From: a virus
Length of the DNA: 64,000 nt
Reading direction: 5' to 3' (one strand)
IMG/VR virus record: IMGVR_UViG_3300031413_000005
Span: 1-64,000 of that record
Part shown: positions 1-9,567 of the stretch, one piece after another
Layout: every line of letters begins with the position of its first letter
How positions within the stretch are numbered: position 1 is the first letter of the stretch
The notes under the pieces: generated by a model
The model's input: only the letters and a program-made list of their open reading frames with translations
Databases searched by the model: none
Told to the model about the DNA's origin: nothing
Program-made: the position numbers and the translations under genes

Positions 1-532
1 CGGTGGTCGCTTAAGCCATGATCGCTGTCTCTTTCGTAGCTCGCTGCACCGCTGCAACGCATGATCTAAATGCGCTCGATCGTGGTGGCATGCGAATGGC
101 TGATGCAGCGGCTCGAGCGGTCCCGAGCGAAACCCGAGCCGACTGTCACCGGGGAAGCCCATGGTTGCGCGAGGCAACGGGACGCCGCGCCTCACTTTAT
201 GCGTGGCACGAGAGGGAGACCATGGGTGCCCGCGGCTGGCGTGGCGCGTGGGAGTAGGCGTTGATGGTGGCTTGGCGCCCGCCGACCTCCCTACCTTCGA
301 TCACTCCCTCTCTACCCCTCTATGCGCTCTCTCCCTCTATACGTGCCTAGCCTACGTGCTCTCTGCCTCTCTATGCCTGCTGCCACTCCTCCTCCCGTAT
401 TCCGAGCCATTCCTTCTCATTCTCGAGCCATGCCGGTGTCTTGTTCTTGGTGCTGGGGTGGTGTGTCGCTTTTTGAGGATCTGGTTGCTGCAACCGTTTT
501 TGGGATGGGTTGGAGCCTGGTGTGTGGTGCTT

Positions 533-835
533 TTAGGTGTCGAGGTAGATGCTGGTGGTTCTGAACGTGATCCGCAGATTGTGGTATCCGCCTTGGCTCA
601 TGAAGTGGAAGTCCGGTTTGACGTGCCATTGCCCTTCGATGGTTTCGTCCTTGGAGCATTGCAGCAGGTAGTTCTGGTGCTTCCCATAGTGCTCCTCGAT
701 CGTAGCGAGGATCTCGTTCACGCCGTCGTCGCTGTATGCCTGTGCGATCCAGTCCAATGCACCTCCTGTGTCCGTGATGGTCACCGGTCGAGCGTTGGGG
801 TCTGCGAGCCATTCTGCGAAGGGTGGAGGTGTCAT
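533..835 (-). CDS. hypothetical protein
   Basis: ATG at 835 overlaps upstream stop (ATGA); GGAG SD. Confidence 0.55.
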   Translation of the reverse strand: MTPPPFAEWLADPNARPVTITDTGGALDWIAQAYSDDGVNEILATIEEHYGKHQNYLLQCSKDETIEGQWHVKPDFHFMSQGGYHNLRITFRTTSIYLDT

Positions 836-1026
836 TCGATCTCCTCGGTCATTGGGACGATGTCGCTGGGGTCGAGGGTTGCTGGTTCGATCTCCTGGAG
901 CATGCCGCGGCTCGTATAGGTGAACAGCTTGTCGTCGTGCTGATACACGTTGCCTGGGCTGTCGAGCTTGAGGTGGTCGATCCATCCCACCTGCTTGCCG
1001 GTGATGTCGATCATGGGGACGATCAT
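832..1026 (-). CDS. hypothetical protein
   Basis: ATGA-coupled small ORF MIVPMIDITGK. Confidence 0.55.
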   Translation of the reverse strand: MIVPMIDITGKQVGWIDHLKLDSPGNVYQHDDKLFTYTSRGMLQEIEPATLDPSDIVPMTEEIE

Positions 1027-1181
1027 GCTGGTGCCTTTCTGTTGCCGAGCATTACGATCGCCGCTCCTGCTGCGTAGAGCGCTGCTGGGCCGTATTCGCC
1101 TCTGGTGATCTCGACTACCGATGCCATTGTCACCAAGCCGGCCGCGAACCATGCTGCTCTATGGGCGATGAGGGTCGTCAT
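1023..1181 (-). CDS. small membrane protein
   Basis: Two hydrophobic segments; coupled overlaps on both sides. Confidence 0.55.
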   Translation of the reverse strand: MTTLIAHRAAWFAAGLVTMASVVEITRGEYGPAALYAAGAAIVMLGNRKAPA

Positions 1182-1483
1182 GGGGTTGGTGCCTTTGGGG
1201 TGCTCTTGATGATTGGCTCCTCGAACGCGCATATGTTCAGCTTGATGACGCGTGCCCTATGCCATGCCGGTTGCAGCTCTGCGAAGTCCCTGGCGTCCTT
1301 GTGGCATTGAAACCATAGGTTGCTGTCGGTCCACGCGGTCTGTCCGCTGGTGAGGTGGCTCTGGCTGGGATGCACATACCCGCCGATCGTGTCGACGAGG
1401 TAGATCAGCTGGGGACGGAAGCGCAGTGGTGCTTTGCGGAGCCTGAGCTTGCGTGCCCCTTCCATGAGTTCCGCGAGCTTCAC
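1178..1483 (-). CDS. hypothetical protein
   Basis: GTGA overlap with upstream gene. Confidence 0.55.
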   Translation of the reverse strand: MKLAELMEGARKLRLRKAPLRFRPQLIYLVDTIGGYVHPSQSHLTSGQTAWTDSNLWFQCHKDARDFAELQPAWHRARVIKLNICAFEEPIIKSTPKAPTP

Positions 1484-1890
1484 GGGTTGTTGCTCCAGGC
1501 GTCGTATTTGGCTTCGTCAACGATGGTGAAGCCGTCGTCTGGATTCATGCCACGCCGCTCGAACTCGCTATCTACCACGTCGATACCCGCTTCGAATGCC
1601 GCGATGGCCTCATCGTCGGAAGTCCTATTGCCGGTCATGCTGCTCGCCCCGACGTTTACCTCGAATATGCAGTTATCCAGATCGGTCTTGAGATCCATCA
1701 GGTGCTTGTTCTTGATGCCTACGAGGTCAGAGGGCTTTATCGCCTTGAGGTCCATGTGTGGTTCCGGTGGATGAGACATGATGAGCGTCAGTTCGCCATT
1801 CCTGATGCCATACCGGTCGAGCGTGCCGTCTGCGCGCAGCCCGATCCCTGCGAGCCATTTGATCTCGGTGCGATAGGTCGGCTCGGTCAT
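1480..1890 (-). CDS. hypothetical protein
   Basis: Start MTEPTY at 1890 overlaps upstream stop. Confidence 0.6.
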   Translation of the reverse strand: MTEPTYRTEIKWLAGIGLRADGTLDRYGIRNGELTLIMSHPPEPHMDLKAIKPSDLVGIKNKHLMDLKTDLDNCIFEVNVGASSMTGNRTSDDEAIAAFEAGIDVVDSEFERRGMNPDDGFTIVDEAKYDAWSNNP

Positions 1891-2177
1891 GCGGCTTCTT
1901 CCTCGGGCTCGGCGTAGGCGCTCTCGATCCGCTTGCTGGTGTGGTCGCAATAGAGGCTGGGGTTCTCCCAGTTCACGTCCATGCCGGTGACCATGAAGCC
2001 GCCCTGCCTATCGTCATCCTGGATCGCCTCACGAATGAGGTCCGCTTCCTGCTTGGCCGCGTCGAAGCTCAATGCCGCTCCATCTGCGGTGATGAAATAG
2101 TGGGGATAGCCACCTGGGAATGCGTAGAGGCCTGCTGCCAGTGCCTGCTCGAACTCGCCTACGGTCTTGATCTGCAT
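1887..2177 (-). CDS. hypothetical phage protein
   Basis: AAAGG SD; FPGGYP...DVNWE..LYCD motif. Confidence 0.7.
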   Translation of the reverse strand: MQIKTVGEFEQALAAGLYAFPGGYPHYFITADGAALSFDAAKQEADLIREAIQDDDRQGGFMVTGMDVNWENPSLYCDHTSKRIESAYAEPEEEAA

Positions 2178-2249
2178 GATGGGCCTTTCGTGTCACCGCA
2201 CCGCTGCGGTTGATTCTATGTAGCGGTGCTGGTGACGGCGATCGGGTGG

Positions 2250-2489
2250 CTACTGTACGGCGTTGTCACTGCCATTGAGGTATTCCGTCGATGCGACGGT
2301 TTCAAACTTCAACGTGGCGTTACCATTGTTGGGGGTTCGCATTACGTCGCCGGTCATTAGTGCGACGCCAAGCAGATATAGACCTTCCTGATTTGTCTCC
2401 TCGGTCATAGGGCGACCCGCAATCAGGCGTTCGGCCAGCTGCCGTGCTTCTTCATCGGTCATGGTCAGTTCGAGCTTCACGAGAGGCAT
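2250..2489 (-). CDS. hypothetical protein
   Basis: AAGGA SD, 79 aa. Confidence 0.55.
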   Translation of the reverse strand: MPLVKLELTMTDEEARQLAERLIAGRPMTEETNQEGLYLLGVALMTGDVMRTPNNGNATLKFETVASTEYLNGSDNAVQ

Positions 2490-2547
2490 AACGGCTTTCC
2501 TTTGTCTGGTTCAGGGGTGAACATCGAGCGGTCTACATCATCACCGG

Positions 2548-2922
2548 TCAAGATGGCTTTCTCGTTCTGATGACAACCACGTAAGCGTCACCCGTCTCCT
2601 CGACCTTCCACTGCTCGTGCTGCCTGGGGTTACCGATGACCCAGATCGTGTTGCTCCATTGATGGATCTCGCGGAACAGATCTTCCACGTCATCATCGTC
2701 GAGCTCGGTCGCCACCCAGGTCATAAGCGAGCCGTTGTCGGGAAAGCTCATGGGCTCGGGCTTTTCCGAGCGCAGCCATTTGCCGAACATGGGCCTAATT
2801 GGGAACGGATCGTCGACGCTTCCCATGACCCTATAGGCGGTGACGTCGGGATTATAGTCGTCGGGGTCCAGGCCAAGCTCCTCGATCAGCTCGGGTGAGG
2901 GTTGCCATTCCTTCTTCATCAT
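2548..2922 (-). CDS. hypothetical protein
   Basis: AGGAG SD before ATG 2922/2919. Confidence 0.6.
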   Translation of the reverse strand: MMKKEWQPSPELIEELGLDPDDYNPDVTAYRVMGSVDDPFPIRPMFGKWLRSEKPEPMSFPDNGSLMTWVATELDDDDVEDLFREIHQWSNTIWVIGNPRQHEQWKVEETGDAYVVVIRTRKPS

Positions 2923-2927
2923 CGCTC

Positions 2928-3587
2928 CTAAAACTGGCCCCAACCGGGGATGGTTTCTTCCTCCGTGTCACGCTTGGCTCGCGCGAGGTAGAGGGTTCGG
3001 TGATGGGCATAAAGGCCGCACCGCAGATGCTCGATCGCTTCCCAACCGGGGAGGGTCGGCTTGATCGTCCACTGAACCACATTGCCCGAGCCGTTCTTCT
3101 TGGTGCTGACACCTTCGACGAGGCTCTTGTCGAGCATCTCCTTCAGCCACGGGCCGATCCTCGTATAGGTCTGCTGCGCTGGGCGGTTGTCGGCGTAGGG
3201 CCAGGTCTCCAGCGTGTTGAGCGCTGATGGCGAGAGGTCGTCGATGACGAAGTGGAGAGGATTGCGAGGAAGCTCTACCATGCCGTCCTGCTTAGATAAC
3301 GCGGCCGGGGTGAGCGCGTCCATGGTCTCCTGCGTTACGACTTGCCCCGTGCCGGTATAGAGCGCCCAGCCCTTGTTCCTGGCGATGACGATGGGGATGC
3401 CGCGGTAGTGCGCGAGCCTGCCATCACCGGTGTAAGTGATGGCAGGCGCCATGCCCGCCTTCTCGTAAGCCTTCAGCGCGATGAACACCTCGTCGCTGAA
3501 GTCCCATGACCATTTGTTGGCGTCGGGTCGCTCGATGTGGTGCGAGGCGTATGTGCGCGCCCTTGCCAGCTGCGTGTCGAGGTTCAT
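2928..3587 (-). CDS. hypothetical protein with C-terminal PGWGQF motif
   Basis: 219 aa, ends EEETIPGWGQF. Confidence 0.7.
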   Translation of the reverse strand: MNLDTQLARARTYASHHIERPDANKWSWDFSDEVFIALKAYEKAGMAPAITYTGDGRLAHYRGIPIVIARNKGWALYTGTGQVVTQETMDALTPAALSKQDGMVELPRNPLHFVIDDLSPSALNTLETWPYADNRPAQQTYTRIGPWLKEMLDKSLVEGVSTKKNGSGNVVQWTIKPTLPGWEAIEHLRCGLYAHHRTLYLARAKRDTEEETIPGWGQF

Positions 3588-3790
3588 TCCGGTGCCAGCT
3601 CATACTGCACGTAGCCCAGGAGCAGCGTGCGGCGATCCTCGCGCGACAGCGGCGTCCAGTGCTCGATATGGCTGAAATACATCGACGCCCAACCGCCGTC
3701 GGTGACGCCCATCATCTGCTGAATGGGAATCACCGCCTCGTCGATCGTGTCGGCTTCGAGCGCAGTCTCGATCAGCGCCTTCATGCTCAT
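3584..3790 (-). CDS. hypothetical protein
   Basis: 68 aa, coupled to next gene. Confidence 0.6.
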   Translation of the reverse strand: MSMKALIETALEADTIDEAVIPIQQMMGVTDGGWASMYFSHIEHWTPLSREDRRTLLLGYVQYELAPE

Positions 3791-3805
3791 TCCGTTGAAC
3801 CCTTC

Positions 3806-3835
3806 GGTGACGCGAACACCTCTGTTCGCGTCACC
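3806..3835. other. perfect 13-bp stem hairpin
   Basis: GGTGACGCGAACA-cctc-TGTTCGCGTCACC, intergenic. Confidence 0.6.
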
Positions 3836-3858
3836 TGTTTGCGTCAGCGCCTGTAGGG

Positions 3859-4164
3859 CTACGAGTGGCTTGTGAGACCGAACGCGACGCCGCGCTCGAG
3901 TGCCGACGTCAGGTCATCATCCTGGATCACGGCGACGGTCACGCCTTCGCGATGAAGATGCACCCCGTCTTCCAAGATGATGATTCCGTCGAGCTGACTA
4001 AGCCAGGCACGCACGACCGCCCTCCCCGTCTCCATGTCCTTGCCCTGATAGTCCACGGTGACCGTGGGGGCTGGAGCATGCCGGGCCGATCGTCGTGCCT
4101 CGACGCGCCGATCGCGCATCTTCGTAATGGCCGTGGCAGGTTTGCGCTTATCGGTCAGTCGCAT
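3859..4164 (-). CDS. hypothetical protein
   Basis: GGAG SD before ATG 4164. Confidence 0.55.
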   Translation of the reverse strand: MRLTDKRKPATAITKMRDRRVEARRSARHAPAPTVTVDYQGKDMETGRAVVRAWLSQLDGIIILEDGVHLHREGVTVAVIQDDDLTSALERGVAFGLTSHS

Positions 4165-4499
4165 GGGTCGGTAGTCTCCAGATATGTGCCGACCATGGCT
4201 GACGTGATCGCCTCGCCTGATCCTCGGTAAATGAACCCGTTGCGCTCCTCGAACGCCGCGAGAAAGTCGTCCCATGCCCACGGGTCGGTAGCGCATGCGG
4301 GGCTATTGGGGTGGCGCTTCACGGCAGCATCGCGAAGGGAGACATACGCATCCCGCCTCTCGTCCTTTTGCTGGTCCGTGGACGTGTAGATGCCGATCCC
4401 CAGTTTGCGCATTGCCTTGGTGAGCATTGGCAAACTGGTTGATGGGTCTTTGGCAAGATCGAGAGCTGCCGCCAAATCGCTAGGGCCTGGATCTTTCAT
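4155..4499 (-). CDS. hypothetical protein
   Basis: GGAG SD before ATG 4499. Confidence 0.5.
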   Translation of the reverse strand: MKDPGPSDLAAALDLAKDPSTSLPMLTKAMRKLGIGIYTSTDQQKDERRDAYVSLRDAAVKRHPNSPACATDPWAWDDFLAAFEERNGFIYRGSGEAITSAMVGTYLETTDPCD

Positions 4500-4573
4500 T
4501 ACATCTCCATGTGCGGCGATACGCTCCGCATCGTATGTGTGTGGTCTGATATGCACCGCGAGGTGCGTTATGG

Positions 4574-4702
4574 CTAGTATGCTGCCGTTATCTTTGCATC
4601 TGGTGCGAGGAATTTCCCCGCAGCCTGCGATGCCTTCATGCACCCGATGATAAAGAGCACGGCGAGCAGCGCGATCATCGCGCGAATGGGCTTGTCCTGC
4701 AT
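4574..4702 (-). CDS. small membrane/lipoprotein-like protein
   Basis: GGAG SD; hydrophobic stretch ending FIIGC. Confidence 0.35.
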   Translation of the reverse strand: MQDKPIRAMIALLAVLFIIGCMKASQAAGKFLAPDAKITAAY

Positions 4703-5002
4703 GTCTCCACTTCTCGTTGACGGTCTACAAACAATACGCGTCAACACGGTGGAAGGTGCGCGGGCTTTAACCGGCATTTGCGCTCGTAGGGACGCATGTT
4801 TTAAGCGTCTCTAAACGACACTAAGCGGTCGCGCTGGTCGAGTTGCTGAATCTGCGAAATCGCGTCAGGTGATGCTTGCATGTCACATTCCATGCGTTGT
4901 GCATGCGTGTGGTTGCGGTTGCACATTGACGCTCAAAACGTGCAACTATCTGTAAACTATCCGCAACCGCCACGGCTCGGCATGGCGTATAAAATGCTGC
5001 AA

Positions 5003-5221
5003 TTACAGTGGGTTATGCGGTTCTTCTGGCTCGCTATCGAGATCGTCGCCAATGAGCGCTGCGCGGGCCACTTCATACTCGTCCAGGCCCTTCTGGATCC
5101 TCGCCTCGATCTTCGCCCAAAGCATCGGATTGGCGTCGATCGCGGGCTTCTCGGTGCGCACCGCGTTGATGAGGTTGTCGGCCGCGTCGATGAAACGCTG
5201 AATGTCTGTCATGTCAGCCAT
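5003..5221 (-). CDS. hypothetical protein
   Basis: GGAGG SD. Confidence 0.6.
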   Translation of the reverse strand: MADMTDIQRFIDAADNLINAVRTEKPAIDANPMLWAKIEARIQKGLDEYEVARAALIGDDLDSEPEEPHNPL

Positions 5222-5229
5222 GATGCCTC

Positions 5230-5493
5230 CTAGAATTGACCCCAGCCCGCGGGCTCATGCTGCTTCTGCACCACCATTGGCACCGCGTCATCCCAATCCC
5301 GCAGGGTGGGGAAGCCGTCATTGCGAATGACCATGCCGTCGACCCTGGGATCGCCATAGGGCGAGCCTTCGACGAAACCTGCCGGCAGCGTCTCGGGCCA
5401 TACCTTGACCCCACCTGGCGCATAGCTGATGTCGACGCGCGCGATCTGCGTGCCGTCTGCGAACTCGATGGGCTCGAACCAGTCGATCGTCAT
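5230..5493 (-). CDS. hypothetical protein with C-terminal GWGQF motif
   Basis: 87 aa, ends HEPAGWGQF. Confidence 0.7.
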   Translation of the reverse strand: MTIDWFEPIEFADGTQIARVDISYAPGGVKVWPETLPAGFVEGSPYGDPRVDGMVIRNDGFPTLRDWDDAVPMVVQKQHEPAGWGQF

Positions 5494-5639
5494 GCGGCTG
5501 TGACCATCTGCTTCACGCCGGCAAGCGTGTTGGCACGTACCTTGCGGCCGTCATCGTGTCGTGCGATCCACGGGGCGTCAGGGCCACCGGTGCGGCTCAG
5601 GTAGAAGCCCTTATACATGCGCGGCGCCGGGATCTTCAC
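5490..5639 (-). CDS. small hypothetical protein
   Basis: GTGA-coupled; ends AA. Confidence 0.5.
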   Translation of the reverse strand: MKIPAPRMYKGFYLSRTGGPDAPWIARHDDGRKVRANTLAGVKQMVTAA

Positions 5640-5932
5640 GGCATCACCTTTCGCACGCCGTTGCAGTAGCCGCCCATCATGCGCGGCGTCCCGTTGACCG
5701 GTGGGATGATCTCGCGCTCGATGATCTTCTGCTCGCCTTCCCAGACCTTGAACACCGCGGCGATGCGATAGCGCGGGCACCCCTCGAAATCGACGAGACC
5801 GATCACGGTCCCTTCGAGGTAGCAGTCGTCGCTGAACTCGAAATCGTAGGAGCGAACCAGGTCGCCAACCTCGATCTTCTCGGCGAGATCTGGATCCTGG
5901 AGGCGGAAGTTCGGGACGGGCTTAGCGATCAT
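5636..5932 (-). CDS. hypothetical protein (SH3-like beta barrel?)
   Basis: IEVGDLVRSYDF...YLEGTVIG pattern; GAGG SD. Confidence 0.55.
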   Translation of the reverse strand: MIAKPVPNFRLQDPDLAEKIEVGDLVRSYDFEFSDDCYLEGTVIGLVDFEGCPRYRIAAVFKVWEGEQKIIEREIIPPVNGTPRMMGGYCNGVRKVMP

Positions 5933-6182
5933 GACCTCGTGCCTCCAGTTCGTCCGTGCATGCTGCGATCGCGGCGCGGTTGTCTTCGGCGTCCTGCCCC
6001 ATCGCTGCATCCCAGGTCGCGATGTTGGCGGCATCGGGGAGCGTGGCGCGAATAGCGGTGTCGCTATCGAGGCGGAACTGCGCGATCTGGCGCAGGTTGC
6101 GCAGCGTGCCGCTATCGAGGTTTGCCACACCGAACTCGGCGAGGTGACGCTTGGGGTCGATACTCAAGCTACCAGCCTCCAC
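5922..6182 (-). CDS. hypothetical protein
   Basis: Fills gap in co-oriented gene string. Confidence 0.5.
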   Translation of the reverse strand: MEAGSLSIDPKRHLAEFGVANLDSGTLRNLRQIAQFRLDSDTAIRATLPDAANIATWDAAMGQDAEDNRAAIAACTDELEARGHDR

Positions 6183-6592
6183 TCACCACCTTCGGGCATC
6201 GCGAAGTCGCGGCGCTCGTGGTCGAGAAACAGGTCATAGATGTCACCTACGCCGACCCAGCCTCGTGCAATGTTCCAGCACTGGTTCAAGTCTTCGGTCT
6301 TATAAACGGCATACAAGGTCTCCGTCTTGCCTCCGAAGTCCACGATTTCGAGGAAGCCGGTGCGGTCCAGCTCGTCAGCGTCGTCGCCGGTCAACATGAA
6401 GCCCTCGGCGTCATCGCTCGGATCGTAGAGCACGAAGGCACCGGGAATCTGCGCCGCGCGCTTGACGATCAGTTCGTTCTGCTCAGCATTCGCGACCGTT
6501 GCGTCTTCGCCATAAGGCTCGATGCCTGGGCCTGCCATGAACTCGCTGCGAGCAACGATGCGGAAGCCATAGGTTTCGACCTTGTAGCTCAT
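6164..6592 (-). CDS. hypothetical protein
   Basis: ATGA overlap, 142 aa. Confidence 0.65.
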   Translation of the reverse strand: MSYKVETYGFRIVARSEFMAGPGIEPYGEDATVANAEQNELIVKRAAQIPGAFVLYDPSDDAEGFMLTGDDADELDRTGFLEIVDFGGKTETLYAVYKTEDLNQCWNIARGWVGVGDIYDLFLDHERRDFAMPEGGEWRLVA

Positions 6593-6999
6593 GCCGTCTC
6601 TGCCAGCGCATCGGCGTAGGCCTCGGCCGTCTTGAGTGCGGCCTCGAGGCTCGTCGAATAGTCCGAGATCAGGTCGTGACCTTCGTTGCCGTAGACCAGA
6701 TGCACCGCGCCGACCCGCTTCTGCGTCGTCGCGTTATAGGCGATGACGTAGTCCGAGTCCGTCGAGAACAGCGCGCCCATGATCGCGTTGACAGACGTGG
6801 AATGCTTGAGCACCGTCTCCTCGCCGTCGTTGACGCCGATCGTGAAGCCAGCATCGAGCAGCGCGTCCACAGTCTTGCGCGCGACCTTACCTTCCATCTC
6901 GATGCGCTTGATGAGGCTCTTGGTCGACGCGTCCTGCGGATCGTAGTGGTCGCCGCCCTTGATGCGCTCGATCGTCTGAGTGAATGCCGTCTTGTCCAT
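6589..6999 (-). CDS. hypothetical phage protein
   Basis: AAAGG SD; VNDGEE...LVYGNEG.D.ISDY motif. Confidence 0.7.
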   Translation of the reverse strand: MDKTAFTQTIERIKGGDHYDPQDASTKSLIKRIEMEGKVARKTVDALLDAGFTIGVNDGEETVLKHSTSVNAIMGALFSTDSDYVIAYNATTQKRVGAVHLVYGNEGHDLISDYSTSLEAALKTAEAYADALAETA

Positions 7000-7073
7000 C
7001 GTGAAACCTTTCTGTCACCGCACCGCTGCGGTGATTCTCTTTTGAACCTGTGCCTGCTGGGATGCGGGTGGCT

Positions 7074-7256
7074 TCAGAGCGCAGCGTCGAGGTCCGCGCG
7101 AATGCCGTCGATCTCGGGCTCCTCCTCGAACACCTTGTCCGTGCGATCGGTGAGCCAGTTGCCCAGCTCGGTGACCGCGGTCGCGATCGCGAGGCGCAGG
7201 CGCGCGTTCTCGGCGACCAGCTCCTTGCGGGAGGCATGCTCATGAAGCACACCCAT
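7074..7256 (-). CDS. hypothetical protein
   Basis: TGATG-coupled. Confidence 0.5.
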   Translation of the reverse strand: MGVLHEHASRKELVAENARLRLAIATAVTELGNWLTDRTDKVFEEEPEIDGIRADLDAAL

Positions 7257-7684
7257 CAGCCCTTCTCCCCGTTGCGCTCGTTCGTCAGGAGGATCGCTTC
7301 GTCAGCGCACCGCGCCCAAGGATCGTAGGGCAGCATGCTGCGGTTCATACCGTCGCGCTGATCCTGCGGCATGACCTTCACCAGCGCGGCGTACCGCTCA
7401 ATGGCGGTGAGCACGAACGCCTGCATCAGCGCGCCCTGGCGGCTGAACTCCATCATCCGCGTGACGAACTCGACGTTGGTCTCGGGCAGCTCAGGGTGCG
7501 GGTCGAGGCTGTCGCCCGGCACGAGGATCTCGCGATTGTCGGCCATCGACGTGACGACATACATATCCTCGTCGGCCCGACGCTCGTGTGCCCGCAAGAT
7601 GCGAACCTGCTGGCGTGGCATGTCGATCGTGCCGCCATAGGGGCGCTCGAACGTCCCGCCTTCAATCTCACTCGTCTTGCGCAT
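7256..7684 (-). CDS. hypothetical protein
   Basis: AAAGGA SD; TNVEFVTRMMEFS..GALMQAFV motif. Confidence 0.65.
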   Translation of the reverse strand: MRKTSEIEGGTFERPYGGTIDMPRQQVRILRAHERRADEDMYVVTSMADNREILVPGDSLDPHPELPETNVEFVTRMMEFSRQGALMQAFVLTAIERYAALVKVMPQDQRDGMNRSMLPYDPWARCADEAILLTNERNGEKG

Positions 7685-7765
7685 TCTCGGTCCTTTCGAT
7701 CAGCGCACCGCTGCGCTGCATCGTCTTTATGCTCGCACCGCCTGCGGGATGCGGGTGGGCAGTCG

Positions 7766-8257
7766 TCAGAATTGACCCCAACCGGGCAAAGCCTCGTCGT
7801 CCGCCTGGCGCTGTGCTTCGGCTTCCTCGCGCTGGCGCTTGGCTGCGGCGCGCTCCTTGCGTTCTTCGAGGTCGGCCTCGCGCTGGGCGGCTGCGTAAGC
7901 CGCCTGCTGCCCGGCGAGCGGATCGTAATCGATCGAGCCGTTGTCCTCTGAGTCGTCGAGGTCGACGCCAGTGGTCGAGACACCGCGCTTACCGCCCGCG
8001 GCCAATCGCACCGCGTTGTCGTAGCGGAGTTGGAACTCGTCGTAGGTGATGACGGTCACGCCAAGGTTGCGCGCTTCCCGAGCCTTCAAGGTGCTCCTGG
8101 TCGAAGCCACGAGAAAGCTGGTGAAGGCGTTGACCTTGGACACGGTCGACCAGCCCATCGATCTTGCCATGTTGGACCACACGTCCCGCGTGCGCAGCTG
8201 TGGCTGCGTCGAGTTGGTGTCCGTGTAGCCCTTGCCGGTGAAACAGACGCTCGTCAT
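7766..8257 (-). CDS. BRCT-domain protein with C-terminal PGWGQF motif
   Basis: VCFTG...V...T..LV...T.K...A..LGV.VITYDEF matches the ligase-type BRCT pattern; coiled linker; ends DDEALPGWGQF. Confidence 0.8.
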   Translation of the reverse strand: MTSVCFTGKGYTDTNSTQPQLRTRDVWSNMARSMGWSTVSKVNAFTSFLVASTRSTLKAREARNLGVTVITYDEFQLRYDNAVRLAAGGKRGVSTTGVDLDDSEDNGSIDYDPLAGQQAAYAAAQREADLEERKERAAAKRQREEAEAQRQADDEALPGWGQF

Positions 8258-8259
8258 CG

Positions 8260-8415
8260 TCAGGCTTCCTTGATCCTCGCGAGCGCCCAGCGCCGCGCAC
8301 GGCCGCGCGTGGACATCGGTGGGGAGATGTCGATGCAGGTGTTGTCAGCGCGCCAGCCGGCACCGTGGAAGGTGCCGTCAGGACAGACCGCGGTGGTGAC
8401 GTAAGGCTGCGGCAT
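8260..8415 (-). CDS. small hypothetical protein
   Basis: TGATG-coupled 51-aa ORF MPQPYVTT (not in ORF track). Confidence 0.4.
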   Translation of the reverse strand: MPQPYVTTAVCPDGTFHGAGWRADNTCIDISPPMSTRGRARRWALARIKEA

Positions 8416-9074
8416 CAGAAGATCGCCCGTGCCGCTGGGTCATCCATGTCGATCGCTTCGACATCATTCGCTGGTGCAAGCGCCTTCACGATCTCCTCGG
8501 GCGAGTTGTCATCGATCAGCGGCACGATGGCGACCGACGGCACCGTCACGGTATCTTCCCAGTTCTCGATACCGTCATTCCAGTCGACCGCGGCGAGGTC
8601 CGACAGCAGGTGCCAGTTCAGCTTGTCGGCATCGTCCACGTTGGTCTTGCAGCCGATCCAGGCCCCGCGCGTGTCGTCGTAGAGGTAGAAGTATTGCTCG
8701 GCCATGCCGGCGCCCATGAAGTCCTCGACCGACGCAAAGCTCTCGGGCGGGATAAAGTCGTCGCCGCGATCGCGGTGGTAGAACAGGCAGTAGGTCGAGC
8801 GCACGTCGTCGTGCTGGCGCTGGTGACACTCCTGCCAGGTCTCACCCGCAAGCTGCTCCATCTTCGAGGCCCAGCTGAAGTCGTGCTTTTCGCCGATGTT
8901 CTCGCGGAGCACCGACTGCATGCCCAGGTCGATCAGCTGCTGGACCTTCGAGCGGTCCTGATAGTGGGTATGCAGCAGCCGGCCATTCCAGCTGAAGTAA
9001 CCGTCGCTCTGGCAGTAGTGCGTGGTGATCGAGCCATCCCGGTGCAGGATGCCGATCTGTGAACGGGTGGACAT
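8415..9074 (-). CDS. hypothetical phage protein
   Basis: AGGAG SD; STRSQIG...YCQSDGY motif; ends DDPAARAIF. Confidence 0.75.
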   Translation of the reverse strand: MSTRSQIGILHRDGSITTHYCQSDGYFSWNGRLLHTHYQDRSKVQQLIDLGMQSVLRENIGEKHDFSWASKMEQLAGETWQECHQRQHDDVRSTYCLFYHRDRGDDFIPPESFASVEDFMGAGMAEQYFYLYDDTRGAWIGCKTNVDDADKLNWHLLSDLAAVDWNDGIENWEDTVTVPSVAIVPLIDDNSPEEIVKALAPANDVEAIDMDDPAARAIF

Positions 9075-9115
9075 GGTCAGGTCTCCTTGCGCGGTGTGCG
9101 CGTGAGTGTTGTCGC

Positions 9116-9541
9116 TTATGCAGCGATGGCAGTCGGGTGGGTTTCAGCCGGCATCTCGTAAGCCTCGCCGGCTTTGATGCAGTCCATTGCCGCACCCAGG
9201 CGATGCAGCAGCGCGTTGATTCCGCGCGCGAAGCCCATGCACTTAGCGCGGTGGAACGGGTTCACCTCGTCACCGACTGCTCGACCGAACGCCGCGGTCA
9301 TCTTCGCCTTGCTATAGAGGCCCGTGTTCCAGGGCATGCAGTAGTTGTCGACGATGGACGCCGGCTGGTCGCCGTCGAAGTCTATGCCGACGCGGAGCTC
9401 GCCCATCTCGATCTCGAGGCGGATCTCACGCGGGGAGAGCGGGTCAGGCCGGGTGCAGGTCGCACCCTTCTCGGCACAGAGCTTCTCCACCATTGCTGCG
9501 AGCTTCTCGCGGTCACCCTTGCGTCGTTCGGTCAACATCAC
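9116..9541 (-). CDS. hypothetical protein
   Basis: AGGAG SD. Confidence 0.65.
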   Translation of the reverse strand: MMLTERRKGDREKLAAMVEKLCAEKGATCTRPDPLSPREIRLEIEMGELRVGIDFDGDQPASIVDNYCMPWNTGLYSKAKMTAAFGRAVGDEVNPFHRAKCMGFARGINALLHRLGAAMDCIKAGEAYEMPAETHPTAIAA

Positions 9542-9567
9542 TTTTCTCCTGTTGAGTGTGTTGTCGA

